A stretch of DNA of 64,000 bases from Escherichia phage GADS24. Numbering within the stretch: the stretch's first letter is position 1; every line of letters begins with the position of its first letter. Under the pieces are notes generated by a model that saw only the letters and a list, made by a program, of their open reading frames with translations, made no database searches and was not told where the DNA came from. This document shows positions 51,168-60,693 of this stretch, one piece after another. The stretch lies in the sequence record OQ703618.1. The stretch is one strand, 5' to 3'. Made by a program: the position numbers and the translations under genes.

Positions 51168-51845
51168 TTATCGCTGTTTTACACTTAACGGGTCAGGATT
51201 CTCAGGGACATCTTCAAGGCCAAGCGCATAACGCTGAGCATATTTTAACATCAAAATATCTTTAGCACAATCATGAATACTATCATGGGCAACGAATCCT
51301 TTTAGCGTACCCATCGGTAATGGACACATACTTAATCCTCGTGTCAACGAGTAAGCTTCGATTGCCGTACGAATATCGCGTTGAGCCCAGAATTTAACCG
51401 GTTCTAATTTATCGGTATCAATCTCTGGTTCAAGAACACCTTCATCACGATAGAGGTCACGAATCAAATCGACCAATATCGGGAAGTCAAAGCTCATACC
51501 ACGGCACCACATCTGTGATTTCCATTGGTCAACTTTATTAGCTCGGCAATAATCTAAAAAGATTTTAATGCCTTCAAGCGTAGTGACATCGTCTTCAGAC
51601 GGAGCTAGGTTTTTACGTGCTTCTGCTGATTGTTCTTTCCACCATTTCATAGTGGATTTAGCGAAAACTCGCTTCCCTTTCTGAGAAGCTAAATTAAATT
51701 TAATTCGCTTACCTCGTTGAACAAGTTCTTCAAATGATTCAACAACTTCAGGGTCGGAATTATATGCAATAACCGCAAGGTCAATAACAGCCGCTTTTGA
51801 TGTATTGCCGAATGTTTCAAAATCTATAATAACATCAGTGCTCAT
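51168..51845 (-). CDS. dexA: exonuclease A (DnaQ-like 3'-5' exonuclease)
   Basis: 225 aa matching T4 DexA (IIDFET.G...AAVIDLAVIA...CRGMSFDFPILVDLIRD...GFVAHDSIHDCAKDILM.KYA.RYA.GLED). Confidence 0.93.
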   Translation of the reverse strand: MSTDVIIDFETFGNTSKAAVIDLAVIAYNSDPEVVESFEELVQRGKRIKFNLASQKGKRVFAKSTMKWWKEQSAEARKNLAPSEDDVTTLEGIKIFLDYCRANKVDQWKSQMWCRGMSFDFPILVDLIRDLYRDEGVLEPEIDTDKLEPVKFWAQRDIRTAIEAYSLTRGLSMCPLPMGTLKGFVAHDSIHDCAKDILMLKYAQRYALGLEDVPENPDPLSVKQR

Positions 51846-51854
51846 AATTTTCTC

Positions 51855-53168
51855 TCAAATAAAATGGACGTCAAACCGACCACGAGTTGTGCCAACATAC
51901 AATAACTGTTTAGCTAATTCTGAATCGGCATAATGGATACACGGTGTATAAACAAAGGCCGTGTCAACAGACATACCCTGGGCCTTATGGAAGGTTGATA
52001 CTGGTAGTGCCTTCACCTTAGTGAACATACGTTTAGCATCCCAGAATTCGCTCCATGGAGCTTTACCACCTTTATTCCAAAATTTGTATGTTTCTGCGGT
52101 TTTAGCCAAAAACAAATTGAATTTATAAAGCTCTTCTTCAGAAGAAATAACCTTTATATCTTCGCGGATGTATTCTTCATCATCCCCATATGTTTCTACT
52201 GTAAGATTCCAGTATCGTATCATATATTCGCCTGAAACACCCCGTGCTTTAACAAATGTAGACGTTTCTACAGCATCTCGAATACGAACGAATTGTCCGT
52301 TATTGAAAAGCATTTCAGTCATATTTTTGCCATCTAACTTATATGTCTTGGTAAACGGCTCTTGTAGAACAATGACTTCATCTTTAATAAATGGCTTTTC
52401 TGTTTCGAGAAGTTTTCGGCGAATAATTGAATTTAACTTGTCTACTGACTTATTTGTGAATGCCATCATTCGATTTTCGAAAAGGTCTTCAGGAGTTTTA
52501 ACGACGTTAAAATAATTCATCATATACGATTTAAGGTCTGTATATCCGTGAACACCGTGCCCATCAACTACTTTATCGTAAATCCATTTGCCATTACGAA
52601 TATCAGTCGCAACATCAATAATTGGTGCATTGCTACGTTTAACTTCTGTAAGGTTGCATTGCACGAAGTCTTTGTGTGTGAAGAAAGGACTTAGATACGC
52701 AGTTGATTCGCCTGGGTCTACCGGACGAATTTGGCATCGGTCGCCGATTCCAATTACTGTACACCATTTAGGGATACTAGCTAACATTATTTTAAACAGA
52801 GAACGGTCGCACATTGACGCTTCATCAAATAACAGCACACGGCACAAGGCTAAGTCTGGAACCTTTTTCTGTTCAAATAATACGTTTTCTTCGTATGTAG
52901 TTGGGTTGATTTTAAGAATGCTATGAATAGTCGATGCTTCTTGACCTGCGAGTTTGCTTAGAACCTTTTTAGCAGCATGTGTAGGGGCTGCTAAAATAAT
53001 ACCTGATTCTCCAGAAGAAATAAGGGCTTCAACGATGAATCTAGTAAGGGTTGTTTTACCTGTACCAGCAGGCCCATTAATAGTTACGTGATGTTTCTTT
53101 TCTTTAATAGCGTTCATAACAACGTTGAAGGCGTTTTTCTGGCCTTCAGTCAAATCATCAAATGTCAT
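51855..53168 (-). CDS. dda: Dda DNA helicase (SF1B)
   Basis: 437 aa; Walker A GPAGTGKTT; matches T4 Dda. Confidence 0.95.
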   Translation of the reverse strand: MTFDDLTEGQKNAFNVVMNAIKEKKHHVTINGPAGTGKTTLTRFIVEALISSGESGIILAAPTHAAKKVLSKLAGQEASTIHSILKINPTTYEENVLFEQKKVPDLALCRVLLFDEASMCDRSLFKIMLASIPKWCTVIGIGDRCQIRPVDPGESTAYLSPFFTHKDFVQCNLTEVKRSNAPIIDVATDIRNGKWIYDKVVDGHGVHGYTDLKSYMMNYFNVVKTPEDLFENRMMAFTNKSVDKLNSIIRRKLLETEKPFIKDEVIVLQEPFTKTYKLDGKNMTEMLFNNGQFVRIRDAVETSTFVKARGVSGEYMIRYWNLTVETYGDDEEYIREDIKVISSEEELYKFNLFLAKTAETYKFWNKGGKAPWSEFWDAKRMFTKVKALPVSTFHKAQGMSVDTAFVYTPCIHYADSELAKQLLYVGTTRGRFDVHFI

Positions 53169-53476
53169 CGTAAAGTCCCTGCAATCGGAATACTAACAAT
53201 ACGGCCTGTGTCCAGGATTCGTTGATACAATTTTTGCGTCTCCGCATCTAGTTTAATGTGTTTCATTTCAAGCTTATTAAACCAGAACTTACGCGGAGTT
53301 TCGACCATTCTTAGAACTCCCATTTTTAAATCTGTTTTATACTGTGTTTTCAAAGTATCGAAAACTTTATCTGCAATATCCTTTCTAAAAAATACTGCAG
53401 GACGATGCTCATCAAGTGGAACCGGGACAGTAAATCCTTCCATATCTCGATAAACTATTGCATATACATAAACCAT
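53165..53476 (-). CDS. hypothetical protein (dda.1-like), 103 aa
   Basis: ATG 53474-53476; 4-nt overlap with dda. Confidence 0.5.
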   Translation of the reverse strand: MVYVYAIVYRDMEGFTVPVPLDEHRPAVFFRKDIADKVFDTLKTQYKTDLKMGVLRMVETPRKFWFNKLEMKHIKLDAETQKLYQRILDTGRIVSIPIAGTLR

Positions 53477-53478
53477 AA

Positions 53479-54225
53479 TTAACCTTTAATCAGTTGGAAT
53501 AATGATGCGCTAAGTGGTAGGCCACGTTTCAATTTTAATTTACCAATGAAACCGATCTTTTCAAAACGTTGCAGACCTTGGATAACTTTATCATATGTAT
53601 CGAAAAGCGATTCAGCGTCAGTTAATTTAGTTTTAGTTTTCCAGTCAGAGCCTTTAAGAAGAACATTGAGTTTAGTAAGTTCATGGCCTTCTGCTTGATG
53701 TGAGCCATTAATGCGTGCTTTCAAAGCAACAATTCTAAGTTTAGATTCGTTAGATAAAGGTTGATTTTTCATCATGTTCGCCATATGCTTAACACGATTT
53801 TCACGTTTTGCTCGGATTTTTAAAATAGTACCATAAACCTTTTTAATTTGGGCCCATTTCTTCTCGTCGAGATTAAGTTTCTCTACTTTACGGGCAGAAG
53901 GATTAGCAATACGTCTTGCAACAGCGTCACGTTTCTCAATAAGTTCTTCTAATGTTAAATCAGAACGAGCCGTGTTATATTTTTTCTTAACTGGGATAAC
54001 ATTACCTTTAATGTAGCCTATATCATTATTAAAACGTTCTAAGGATAATTTCTCACCTTCAACAGAGTTATTGAAAGATTCACCTGAGTAAGCGCAGACC
54101 TTTTGATCAAGAATGTTTTTAAGGTAATTAAAGTCTAAGTTAAAATCCTTAGAGCGTCTCTTCGCAGAAGCTCTAGTGTGGTCAAGACGACGATTGATTT
54201 TGTTAATTTTATTATTTGATAACAT
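53479..54225 (-). CDS. srd: Srd-like protein (by position and size)
   Basis: 248 aa basic protein in the srd position between dda.1 and modA; sequence identity not verified. Confidence 0.5.
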   Translation of the reverse strand: MLSNNKINKINRRLDHTRASAKRRSKDFNLDFNYLKNILDQKVCAYSGESFNNSVEGEKLSLERFNNDIGYIKGNVIPVKKKYNTARSDLTLEELIEKRDAVARRIANPSARKVEKLNLDEKKWAQIKKVYGTILKIRAKRENRVKHMANMMKNQPLSNESKLRIVALKARINGSHQAEGHELTKLNVLLKGSDWKTKTKLTDAESLFDTYDKVIQGLQRFEKIGFIGKLKLKRGLPLSASLFQLIKG

Positions 54226-54274
54226 AATATTTTCCTCTGTCTTACGGACGTTAGGTCATTTAGCTGATAGGTCT

Positions 54275-54303
54275 ATAATATCACGCCCTCAGGTAGTGTA
54301 CAC
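54275..54303 (-). promoter_or_regulatory. Early promoter variant (GTGTAC -35, 17 nt, TATTAT)
   Basis: Motif match. Confidence 0.4.
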
Positions 54304-54377
54304 TCTTTTTTCGTAAAATGCTTTAATTTTTTATGTGTTATAATGGTTCTGAGTTCCATCCGGTTATTCCAATCCAG

Positions 54378-54986
54378 TCAGTAACTGACAATAGACAGAT
54401 TCCAGATTGTATAACGTCCATCTTGAATAATAGAATCTACACGCAGTGTAGTCCCTATAGGGAGCATAAATTCACATTCGTCAGATATAAGTCTAGCATT
54501 AGACCGTCTTGTCGCTTCAGGGAAAGCTCCATTGAACTCGCAAGATGGTGCAGCCAGAATCATATTAAGCATATGTTCACGGAAGTTGAAAGCAAATGGT
54601 GCATCTTTGATGCAGAACATATTAAATGTTCCATAAAAATTATATGAAGCGAAGTTACGTGCTACACCAAACACCGGACTAAAGCTCATTACTCTATCAA
54701 ATTTAATAATACTACCAACGCCTTTATCGTCGAGTGTGGCCATAGTTTTCTTAGAGATTCCACGATACATTGTCTCAGGAACTGAAGAAGACCAATTTCT
54801 ACGAACGATTGAACTTAACTCCTGTTGAATACAGTCTGGCTTGTTTTCCATACACTGCCAAAGGATGCTTTGTTCATTATCGTTGAATTGACTATCAATT
54901 TCGTACTGCAATACATCTTGATATTCGGGGTTTTGAGCACGACGAACCATTTCTTCAATTTCACACTCGTTATACGGCATAAACAT
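54378..54986 (-). CDS. modA: ModA-like ADP-ribosyltransferase
   Basis: 202 aa; ART signature YRG...SFSP...ARNF...ECEFM (R-S-ExE pattern); synteny. Confidence 0.75.
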   Translation of the reverse strand: MFMPYNECEIEEMVRRAQNPEYQDVLQYEIDSQFNDNEQSILWQCMENKPDCIQQELSSIVRRNWSSSVPETMYRGISKKTMATLDDKGVGSIIKFDRVMSFSPVFGVARNFASYNFYGTFNMFCIKDAPFAFNFREHMLNMILAAPSCEFNGAFPEATRRSNARLISDECEFMLPIGTTLRVDSIIQDGRYTIWNLSIVSY

Positions 54987-55014
54987 TTTGGTTTCTCCTC
55001 TGGTTGATAGGACT

Positions 55015-55044
55015 ATAGTATCATCGTCCTTGTTGTTTGTACAC
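55015..55044 (-). promoter_or_regulatory. Early promoter variant (GTGTAC -35, 18 nt, TACTAT)
   Basis: Motif match. Confidence 0.4.
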
Positions 55045-55625
55045 TAAAAATTCAACATTTTTAAATGAATGATTTTGTATAACCGAGATAAAGGGTCATA
55101 TTCTAAGTCTTCAATTTCCACAATCTCAAATCTAGAGATACCTGAGACCATGTACTCTTGTTCAGATTCAATCATATCTAGGACGTCAACACGTGTTTCT
55201 TCCATAACATGCTTAGGGTTCTTTCCGGCAAGTACAATGTTAACCATGTTTTGGTAGTAATCAAAAACGAATGGAGCATTCCTGAGACTAAGAATAGTGT
55301 ACGTCTGGTATTCCCAACTCCCGGAGAATTGACGAGCTGTACTGAAATCAGTTGTGAACGATGTTACTCGTCCAGGAGACCAATGGCATCCAACAGAAAG
55401 AAGTGAAAGACGTTCTACTTCTTCTGGAGTTACACCACGGTAGAGTTCTACTGGTACTGTAGAAGTCATATGCTTACGAACAAGATGGTCTAATTCATAG
55501 TGGAAATCCGGGTCTTCCTTAGAATCGGTGCAAGCCCAGAGAATGTTTTGTTCTTGGCGGGTGAATTTGCTATCAATCAGATTTGTTAGGTATTCACGTT
55601 CTTGAAGTTCAGATTGACATGTCAT
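55044..55625 (-). CDS. modB: ModB-like ADP-ribosyltransferase
   Basis: 193 aa; ART signature YRG...SFTT...ARQF...EQEYM; paralogous to preceding gene. Confidence 0.75.
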   Translation of the reverse strand: MTCQSELQEREYLTNLIDSKFTRQEQNILWACTDSKEDPDFHYELDHLVRKHMTSTVPVELYRGVTPEEVERLSLLSVGCHWSPGRVTSFTTDFSTARQFSGSWEYQTYTILSLRNAPFVFDYYQNMVNIVLAGKNPKHVMEETRVDVLDMIESEQEYMVSGISRFEIVEIEDLEYDPLSRLYKIIHLKMLNF

Positions 55626-55652
55626 GATAGACCTCCATTTAAAGATAAGCCT

Positions 55653-55681
55653 ATCATAACACGAGAGGAGGGAATGTAAAC
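55653..55681 (-). promoter_or_regulatory. T4-type early promoter (GTTTAC, 17 nt, TATGAT)
   Basis: Motif match. Confidence 0.4.
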
Positions 55682-55841
55682 TACTTTTTAAGCTTTCCTA
55701 CTAAAGGACCATCAGGGCCAGGTTGTTCTAACATGAATAAGGACGCTTTAAAAAGCAATGTCAACCCTTTCACCATTCGATACCATGTCTCAAAGTCTTT
55801 TTCCTTGATTTCTAGTAAGAATTTCTCTTTAAATTTCTCTT

Positions 55842-56021
55842 TCATTTCCATGGACTCCATGGTGGAGGGTCGTCATAATAAGAGGCAAGGTCTTTCAGGG
55901 CTTCAACAGGTAAACTAAAGCCGTGTCGTTGTATAATACTATCTAGTTCATCAACAAGTTCACTACGATGCACTTTAGGAGCCTCAACTTCAGGCTCGTC
56001 AAACATACTCATCAAGTCCAT
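55842..56021 (-). CDS. hypothetical acidic protein, 59 aa
   Basis: ATG 56019-56021 adjacent to upstream stop; track start is TTG. Confidence 0.4.
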   Translation of the reverse strand: MDLMSMFDEPEVEAPKVHRSELVDELDSIIQRHGFSLPVEALKDLASYYDDPPPWSPWK

Positions 56022-56022
56022 A

Positions 56023-56487
56023 TTATTCACCAAGATAAAAACTAGCAGGTTCAGAGAATGTTTCTAGTGCTACGCCTTTTGTCTTAAAAAATTTCCAAAT
56101 AGCTCGTTGCAAATGGGTTAAATCTGCTAATGATGTAATAAAGTATTTTTTGGCAAAATACTTATGGTCTCGCTTTTCAAATAAGTCTAAACGCTTTTCA
56201 GGATTCACATAAACTGCATTTTCCGTAGATTCATAACCTAAGTCCTTTATGCCTTCTTCAAGACTAAACGGAGAATTTTTAGAATGAGTAATAGCTCCAA
56301 CTCGCTCTACACGAATTTTGTAACCTTTAGGAATCTGCAATTTGCAGAATTCTTCTACGATATATTGCGGATTATTTAGACTTTTGTTAATGAGAATAGC
56401 TATTTCTAGTGGAGTCTTATCTTCTACTGGTATATGTTTAAACGACTTGGCTTCAAGCAAATACATTTTAAATAACATAGCATCCAT
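56023..56487 (-). CDS. hypothetical protein, 154 aa
   Basis: ATG 56485-56487 with GAGGAAA RBS. Confidence 0.5.
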   Translation of the reverse strand: MDAMLFKMYLLEAKSFKHIPVEDKTPLEIAILINKSLNNPQYIVEEFCKLQIPKGYKIRVERVGAITHSKNSPFSLEEGIKDLGYESTENAVYVNPEKRLDLFEKRDHKYFAKKYFITSLADLTHLQRAIWKFFKTKGVALETFSEPASFYLGE

Positions 56488-56666
56488 TATAATTTCCTCG
56501 ATGGTTCACCCATATAAAGTTTTACAATACGTTCGCCTTCATCTTCGACGAGCTTCTCTTCGTGTTTCTGGAATTCTTTAGCCATATTCTCTTCAAGAAC
56601 ATCCAGCCAATCTTCTGGACCGACACCATCGTCCCAGCTTTTAAACCATTTAACTATCTTGTTCAT
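56487..56666 (-). CDS. hypothetical protein, 59 aa
   Basis: ATG 56664-56666 with AGGGAG RBS; track start is TTG. Confidence 0.4.
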   Translation of the reverse strand: MNKIVKWFKSWDDGVGPEDWLDVLEENMAKEFQKHEEKLVEDEGERIVKLYMGEPSRKL

Positions 56667-56911
56667 TCGCAGCTCCCTGAGCTTGAACCACAATCAGAAT
56701 AACTTGACCCGGAATCACCAGGCCAAGACGATACGTATGAATGATTATAACTTGAAGAGCTTGAAGCGTTAACCTGTTTTGTTTTTGGACGAATAACTTC
56801 TTCCATCATGCCGTCACCAATGTATTCCCAACTTTTTTCGTGTGTATCAGGAATAGGCATCATACCTTCGCCTGGTTTAACAGCAAACAACTTCTTCAGC
56901 ATCGTAAGCAT
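56663..56911 (-). CDS. hypothetical protein with Ser/Gly/Cys-rich C-terminal tail, about 82 aa
   Basis: ATG 56909-56911 with GAGGAA RBS; tail SSSSSYNHSYVSSWPGDSGSSYSDCGSSSGSCE. Confidence 0.4.
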   Translation of the reverse strand: MLTMLKKLFAVKPGEGMMPIPDTHEKSWEYIGDGMMEEVIRPKTKQVNASSSSSYNHSYVSSWPGDSGSSYSDCGSSSGSCE

Positions 56912-57104
56912 TAATTGTTCCTCGAACAAAACGAACACCACCATCGTCCCAACGAATTTCGGAATTAAATTTGACGTCTTCACCATCCATCATGAATGAG
57001 TGTACGACTACATCATCATAATATCCAAGACCATATTTCAACGAAACTTCTTGAGCAATCAAAGCACCTAATGTGTTATTAGGTTTAATCCAACGATTTA
57101 ACAT
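56877..57104 (-). CDS. hypothetical protein, 75 aa
   Basis: ATG 57102-57104 with GAGGAG RBS. Confidence 0.45.
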   Translation of the reverse strand: MLNRWIKPNNTLGALIAQEVSLKYGLGYYDDVVVHSFMMDGEDVKFNSEIRWDDGGVRFVRGTINAYDAEEVVCC

Positions 57105-57171
57105 ATTGTTCTCCTCTTGAGTAAGTAGGAATATCTTAACACAGTTTTTAGTGGTTGTAAACTGTAGAAAC

Positions 57172-57198
57172 AAAAAAAAAGGAATCCCGAAGGATTCC
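57172..57198 (-). terminator. Intrinsic terminator GGAAUCC-UUCG-GGAUUCC plus U9 (after soc)
   Basis: Hairpin 57181-57198 with A9 on plus strand. Confidence 0.65.
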
Positions 57199-57207
57199 TT
57201 AAATTAT

Positions 57208-57444
57208 TTAACCACTTACTGGTGTAGGGGTAAACATTGCAGCGTTCTTAGTTTTCCAAGTTGCTGCATCAGAAACTACAGTAGAATATGCTGCCTTTTC
57301 TGACGGAAAGATTTGATAATGAGAATCCGCAATCCGATGTTCGTTTGAATAAATCTCAAACGGTACAGAAACTTCCATACCTTTAACTTCTTTACCTTCA
57401 CCAGCAGGATGCGTAAAGGTTTTGATGTTTACATAACCACCCAT
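57208..57444 (-). CDS. soc: Soc small outer capsid protein
   Basis: 78 aa matching T4 Soc (GYVNIKTF...HYQ.FPSEKAAYSTV). Confidence 0.9.
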   Translation of the reverse strand: MGGYVNIKTFTHPAGEGKEVKGMEVSVPFEIYSNEHRIADSHYQIFPSEKAAYSTVVSDAATWKTKNAAMFTPTPVSG

Positions 57445-57475
57445 AATTAACTCCTTTGTTGTTTAATTACAGGTG

Positions 57476-57483
57476 TATTTATA
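57476..57483 (-). promoter_or_regulatory. Late promoter TATAAATA for soc
   Basis: Exact TATAAATA on minus strand 32 nt upstream of soc ATG. Confidence 0.55.
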
Positions 57484-57489
57484 ACTTAA

Positions 57490-58011
57490 TCAGTAACCAT
57501 TATCCTGGCGTTCAAAGTTGTGTTGGTTTTTCAAGTAGTAAAGTTTAAAGATTTCTTCAGCGGAAAGACCCAGACCTTGGAACATATTCAGAACAAAGTG
57601 GAGAATATCAATCATCTCAAATTTAATTTCAAGCTGGTCTTCAGGAGACAGTTCATCGATACGACGATTTCGATATTCAGCATGTTGTGCTTTCCATGGC
57701 TTCCATACAGAGCTAGCGGCTTTTTCACCATTGCTCATACCACCGAGTGAAGTCAGCAGTTCACGGAATTCATCATCAATATAATCTTTCTGATTACGCA
57801 GCCAATCAACAACATCACCGGCAGTGGCCAATTCATCAGGATGTTTGTTATGTTCAGGCTTGTCATTTGCCAGACGAACCTGTAAAGATTTCTGCATATC
57901 AAGCATTACCTGAAGTGGGTCTTTATCTTCGTGAATCAGAGCATTAAAATAAGCTTCTTCTGCTTTATCAACACCAGAAATAAGTTGTGAACATTCATTA
58001 AAGTGCGCCAT
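57490..58011 (-). CDS. 56: dCTP pyrophosphatase (dCTPase/dUTPase) gp56
   Basis: Start at ATG 58009-58011 (MAHFNEC...) with AAAGGAAA RBS; 173 aa matching T4 gp56. Confidence 0.93.
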   Translation of the reverse strand: MAHFNECSQLISGVDKAEEAYFNALIHEDKDPLQVMLDMQKSLQVRLANDKPEHNKHPDELATAGDVVDWLRNQKDYIDDEFRELLTSLGGMSNGEKAASSVWKPWKAQHAEYRNRRIDELSPEDQLEIKFEMIDILHFVLNMFQGLGLSAEEIFKLYYLKNQHNFERQDNGY

Positions 58012-58099
58012 TATTTTTCCTTTCAATTCAGTATAAGAGAGTTAATTCTAACATTAATTTTATAAAGCGTAATAAATAATAGGTAACTAAGGAGATATT

Positions 58100-58297
58100 A
58101 TGTTTAAACTTCCGTCGTTAATCAACGCTATTAAAGGCAATAAAAAGAAAACTGCTATCGCTGCAATAGTTGTAGGTGGCATTATTTCATGGAACTTCGG
58201 GATTGCACCATTGTTAGTTGCTAATGGTATTATAGTTCCTTCTGTTCCATTGGATACTGTAGTTGATTTGGCCTTTGCTATTATAGGGCTTATTTAA
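58100..58297 (+). CDS. small membrane protein, 65 aa, divergent from gene 56
   Basis: ATG 58100 with AAGGAG RBS; two hydrophobic segments; near-consensus AATAAATA 20 nt upstream. Confidence 0.5.
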   Translation: MFKLPSLINAIKGNKKKTAIAAIVVGGIISWNFGIAPLLVANGIIVPSVPLDTVVDLAFAIIGLI

Positions 58298-59316
58298 ATC
58301 TTTGAATAACGAGATAATCTCATTTTAGCATGCAACCCACTTGAAATATTCTGTTTCATATATTCTAAAATTTCTTGTGGTGTTGCATTTTCTTTCATTA
58401 CCATATCATTCACGTCCTTTGATCTCCACGGAGCTCGGTCCCAGAACATGACACGTTCGCCTGCATCAACTAATCGCTTCATGCGAGCTATAGTGTCCGG
58501 ATGCCTAGGTTCATTATCCATTACCCATACCCGACGTTCTTTAAATGGTACCACATCTAAATCTATTGAGCCGCCTGTAATAGCGATTGCATTGGGTATG
58601 AATAAACTATCAATAGGGCCTTCCATTACCCAGACGTCTCCTTCCTTAACACGTTCAACACCATAAATTTTTGTTGCAGACTCAAACGCTTTAATAGTGA
58701 TATATTTCTGAGGAGCATCTTTACGAAGTGCACGTCCTTGGAATGACTCAGCCTTCCCATCTTTATTAAAAATAGGAATCACTAAACGTGGCTCGGGAAT
58801 CTCTTTCTTATACGTACCAGGTTGAATCTTGTTGACCAATTTAGGCCATTCTAATGTGAACCATAATCTGTTCCATGATTCTTTAGGAATACACCGAGAC
58901 TTAACATATTTCACAATAGGATGCTCTTCAGGCAGCTTGTCCAGACGAGAACAAGACGGCAAAGAATTTATAGTCTTTTTCTCCGGTTCTGGTTTATGTT
59001 CAGGAACCTTTTCAATCTTTGGTTCCATTCTAGCTTTTTCTTTACGAACTTCCATTAGATATTCGCGATAAAGCTCTTCATCATACTCTTTTAAGTATCC
59101 GGAAATTGTATTATGGTATTGACAATTATAGCAATGTACATTACCAGGAGTACCGCCATAATACCATCCGCGAGCTTTCATTGCATCTGTCTGGGAGTCG
59201 CCACAAACTGGACATCGAAATGTTAATTTAAATGTGCTTGAATTATTGATTTGTCTAAAACGAGGTAGGTGAGAAAACGCACGATAAGCAAATTCATTAT
59301 CTATCCATTCAGCCAT
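58294..59316 (-). CDS. 61: DNA primase gp61
   Basis: 340 aa; zinc-ribbon CPVCGDS...CYNC and TOPRIM region; matches T4 gp61. Confidence 0.95.
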   Translation of the reverse strand: MAEWIDNEFAYRAFSHLPRFRQINNSSTFKLTFRCPVCGDSQTDAMKARGWYYGGTPGNVHCYNCQYHNTISGYLKEYDEELYREYLMEVRKEKARMEPKIEKVPEHKPEPEKKTINSLPSCSRLDKLPEEHPIVKYVKSRCIPKESWNRLWFTLEWPKLVNKIQPGTYKKEIPEPRLVIPIFNKDGKAESFQGRALRKDAPQKYITIKAFESATKIYGVERVKEGDVWVMEGPIDSLFIPNAIAITGGSIDLDVVPFKERRVWVMDNEPRHPDTIARMKRLVDAGERVMFWDRAPWRSKDVNDMVMKENATPQEILEYMKQNISSGLHAKMRLSRYSKI

Positions 59317-59355
59317 AGTATTCTCCAGAGGCCTTAAATTAATAAGGCCATCATA

Positions 59356-59823
59356 TCACAACTTATTAATATTTACTTTAATTCGCTTTCTTTTCTTGGA
59401 AGGAATTTGTTCTGGACCTTTATTTACGACTGCACCTGTAGTTGTTCCTGATGCAATAGCTTGAGGACTACCGCCTGAATCACCAGCAACCATATCCTCA
59501 AATAAAGGGAGTTCTTTAAATATTTCTTTCTGTTGTTCTTCCGTAATGTTATAGCGTGAAGCTACAGCACTCCAGGCAGACATCATTGAGGCCATTCCAT
59601 TAAGACCTGGAACAGTGCTCATCATTCGCTTCATTGAACGAACTGAAGCATGAAAAGGTGTATACGCCGCTTTCTCTTCGGGAGTAGAAGGACGTTTAAG
59701 AACACTTCCACGTTCATCGATGATTTTGGCTTCGTATGCTTTCCATTCGGTAAAAGGTTTTTGCATTAGTCGAATAAACTTATATGCGTAAACAGAATCT
59801 ATTGCAGTGTTAATAATACCCAT
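59356..59823 (-). CDS. hypothetical protein (61.1-like), 155 aa
   Basis: ATG 59821-59823 with AGGAGGT RBS; track start is TTG. Confidence 0.5.
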   Translation of the reverse strand: MGIINTAIDSVYAYKFIRLMQKPFTEWKAYEAKIIDERGSVLKRPSTPEEKAAYTPFHASVRSMKRMMSTVPGLNGMASMMSAWSAVASRYNITEEQQKEIFKELPLFEDMVAGDSGGSPQAIASGTTTGAVVNKGPEQIPSKKRKRIKVNINKL

Positions 59824-59842
59824 AGGTACCTCCTGAGTATAT

Positions 59843-60040
59843 TTAATCAATTACAAAGATTGCTTTGTCACCATTTATATCTGTGACTTCATATGTAGTG
59901 CCTTCATACTGTGGAATATTCCAAATTACACCATCATTAGCTTTTACGCTAATATGGCATTGGTGTTTTGAAACAACTTCATAATCTTCAAAACTTGTAA
60001 AAACACTAATTTTAGAACCAGTGCAAATTGCAGTAGTCAT
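59843..60040 (-). CDS. hypothetical protein, 65 aa
   Basis: ATG 60038-60040 with GAGGT RBS. Confidence 0.45.
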   Translation of the reverse strand: MTTAICTGSKISVFTSFEDYEVVSKHQCHISVKANDGVIWNIPQYEGTTYEVTDINGDKAIFVID

Positions 60041-60041
60041 T

Positions 60042-60692
60042 TTAACCTCGATTCATAAATGCATTAAATATTTGGTCATCAACAGAAATTTCTAATTCGA
60101 CTTCAATTGTTTCAGCCTTTTCTTCAGGTGGTAATTCGTATCCACACACTACAATTTTTTCATCGATACCAAAATATACAGAAGCAATACGATTAATGTT
60201 ACTTTCAGTTAAGTCTAAATCAACATCAACATCTTTTTGACATACACTTAAAGGATAACTAATACGGGTTATTTTATTATCTTTAACAAAGAGTCCGCCA
60301 ACATACTCTGTACTACGTTTGAAGTTTACACGTTTCCGAATTGAAAGATATGATACATCTTTACCGTGAGCTCGGCTCATAGGACATAATGAATAGCTAG
60401 AATAAGAGATGTCAAATCCTACACCTTCAATATGAGCCAACGCGTCATGATTAAACCAATTATAATCATATGCCAAATCCATTATATTGTAATATGTGAA
60501 AGGCATCGGATTAACATCATACGTTGTACCTTTAAAATCTGCCCAGGCGACGATTTCGTTATCTTTAACAATTACAAAAATTACACCAATATGATATCCG
60601 TTATTATTTTCGTTAGGCGTTATATTATAACATTGTGCATTAGGAAATTTACCATATTTAAATGGCGCATTTTTGTGCATATAATAAATCAT
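60042..60692 (-). CDS. hypothetical protein (61.2-like), 216 aa
   Basis: ATG 60690-60692 one nt from upstream stop; track start is GTG. Confidence 0.5.
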   Translation of the reverse strand: MIYYMHKNAPFKYGKFPNAQCYNITPNENNNGYHIGVIFVIVKDNEIVAWADFKGTTYDVNPMPFTYYNIMDLAYDYNWFNHDALAHIEGVGFDISYSSYSLCPMSRAHGKDVSYLSIRKRVNFKRSTEYVGGLFVKDNKITRISYPLSVCQKDVDVDLDLTESNINRIASVYFGIDEKIVVCGYELPPEEKAETIEVELEISVDDQIFNAFMNRG

Positions 60693-60693
60693 A

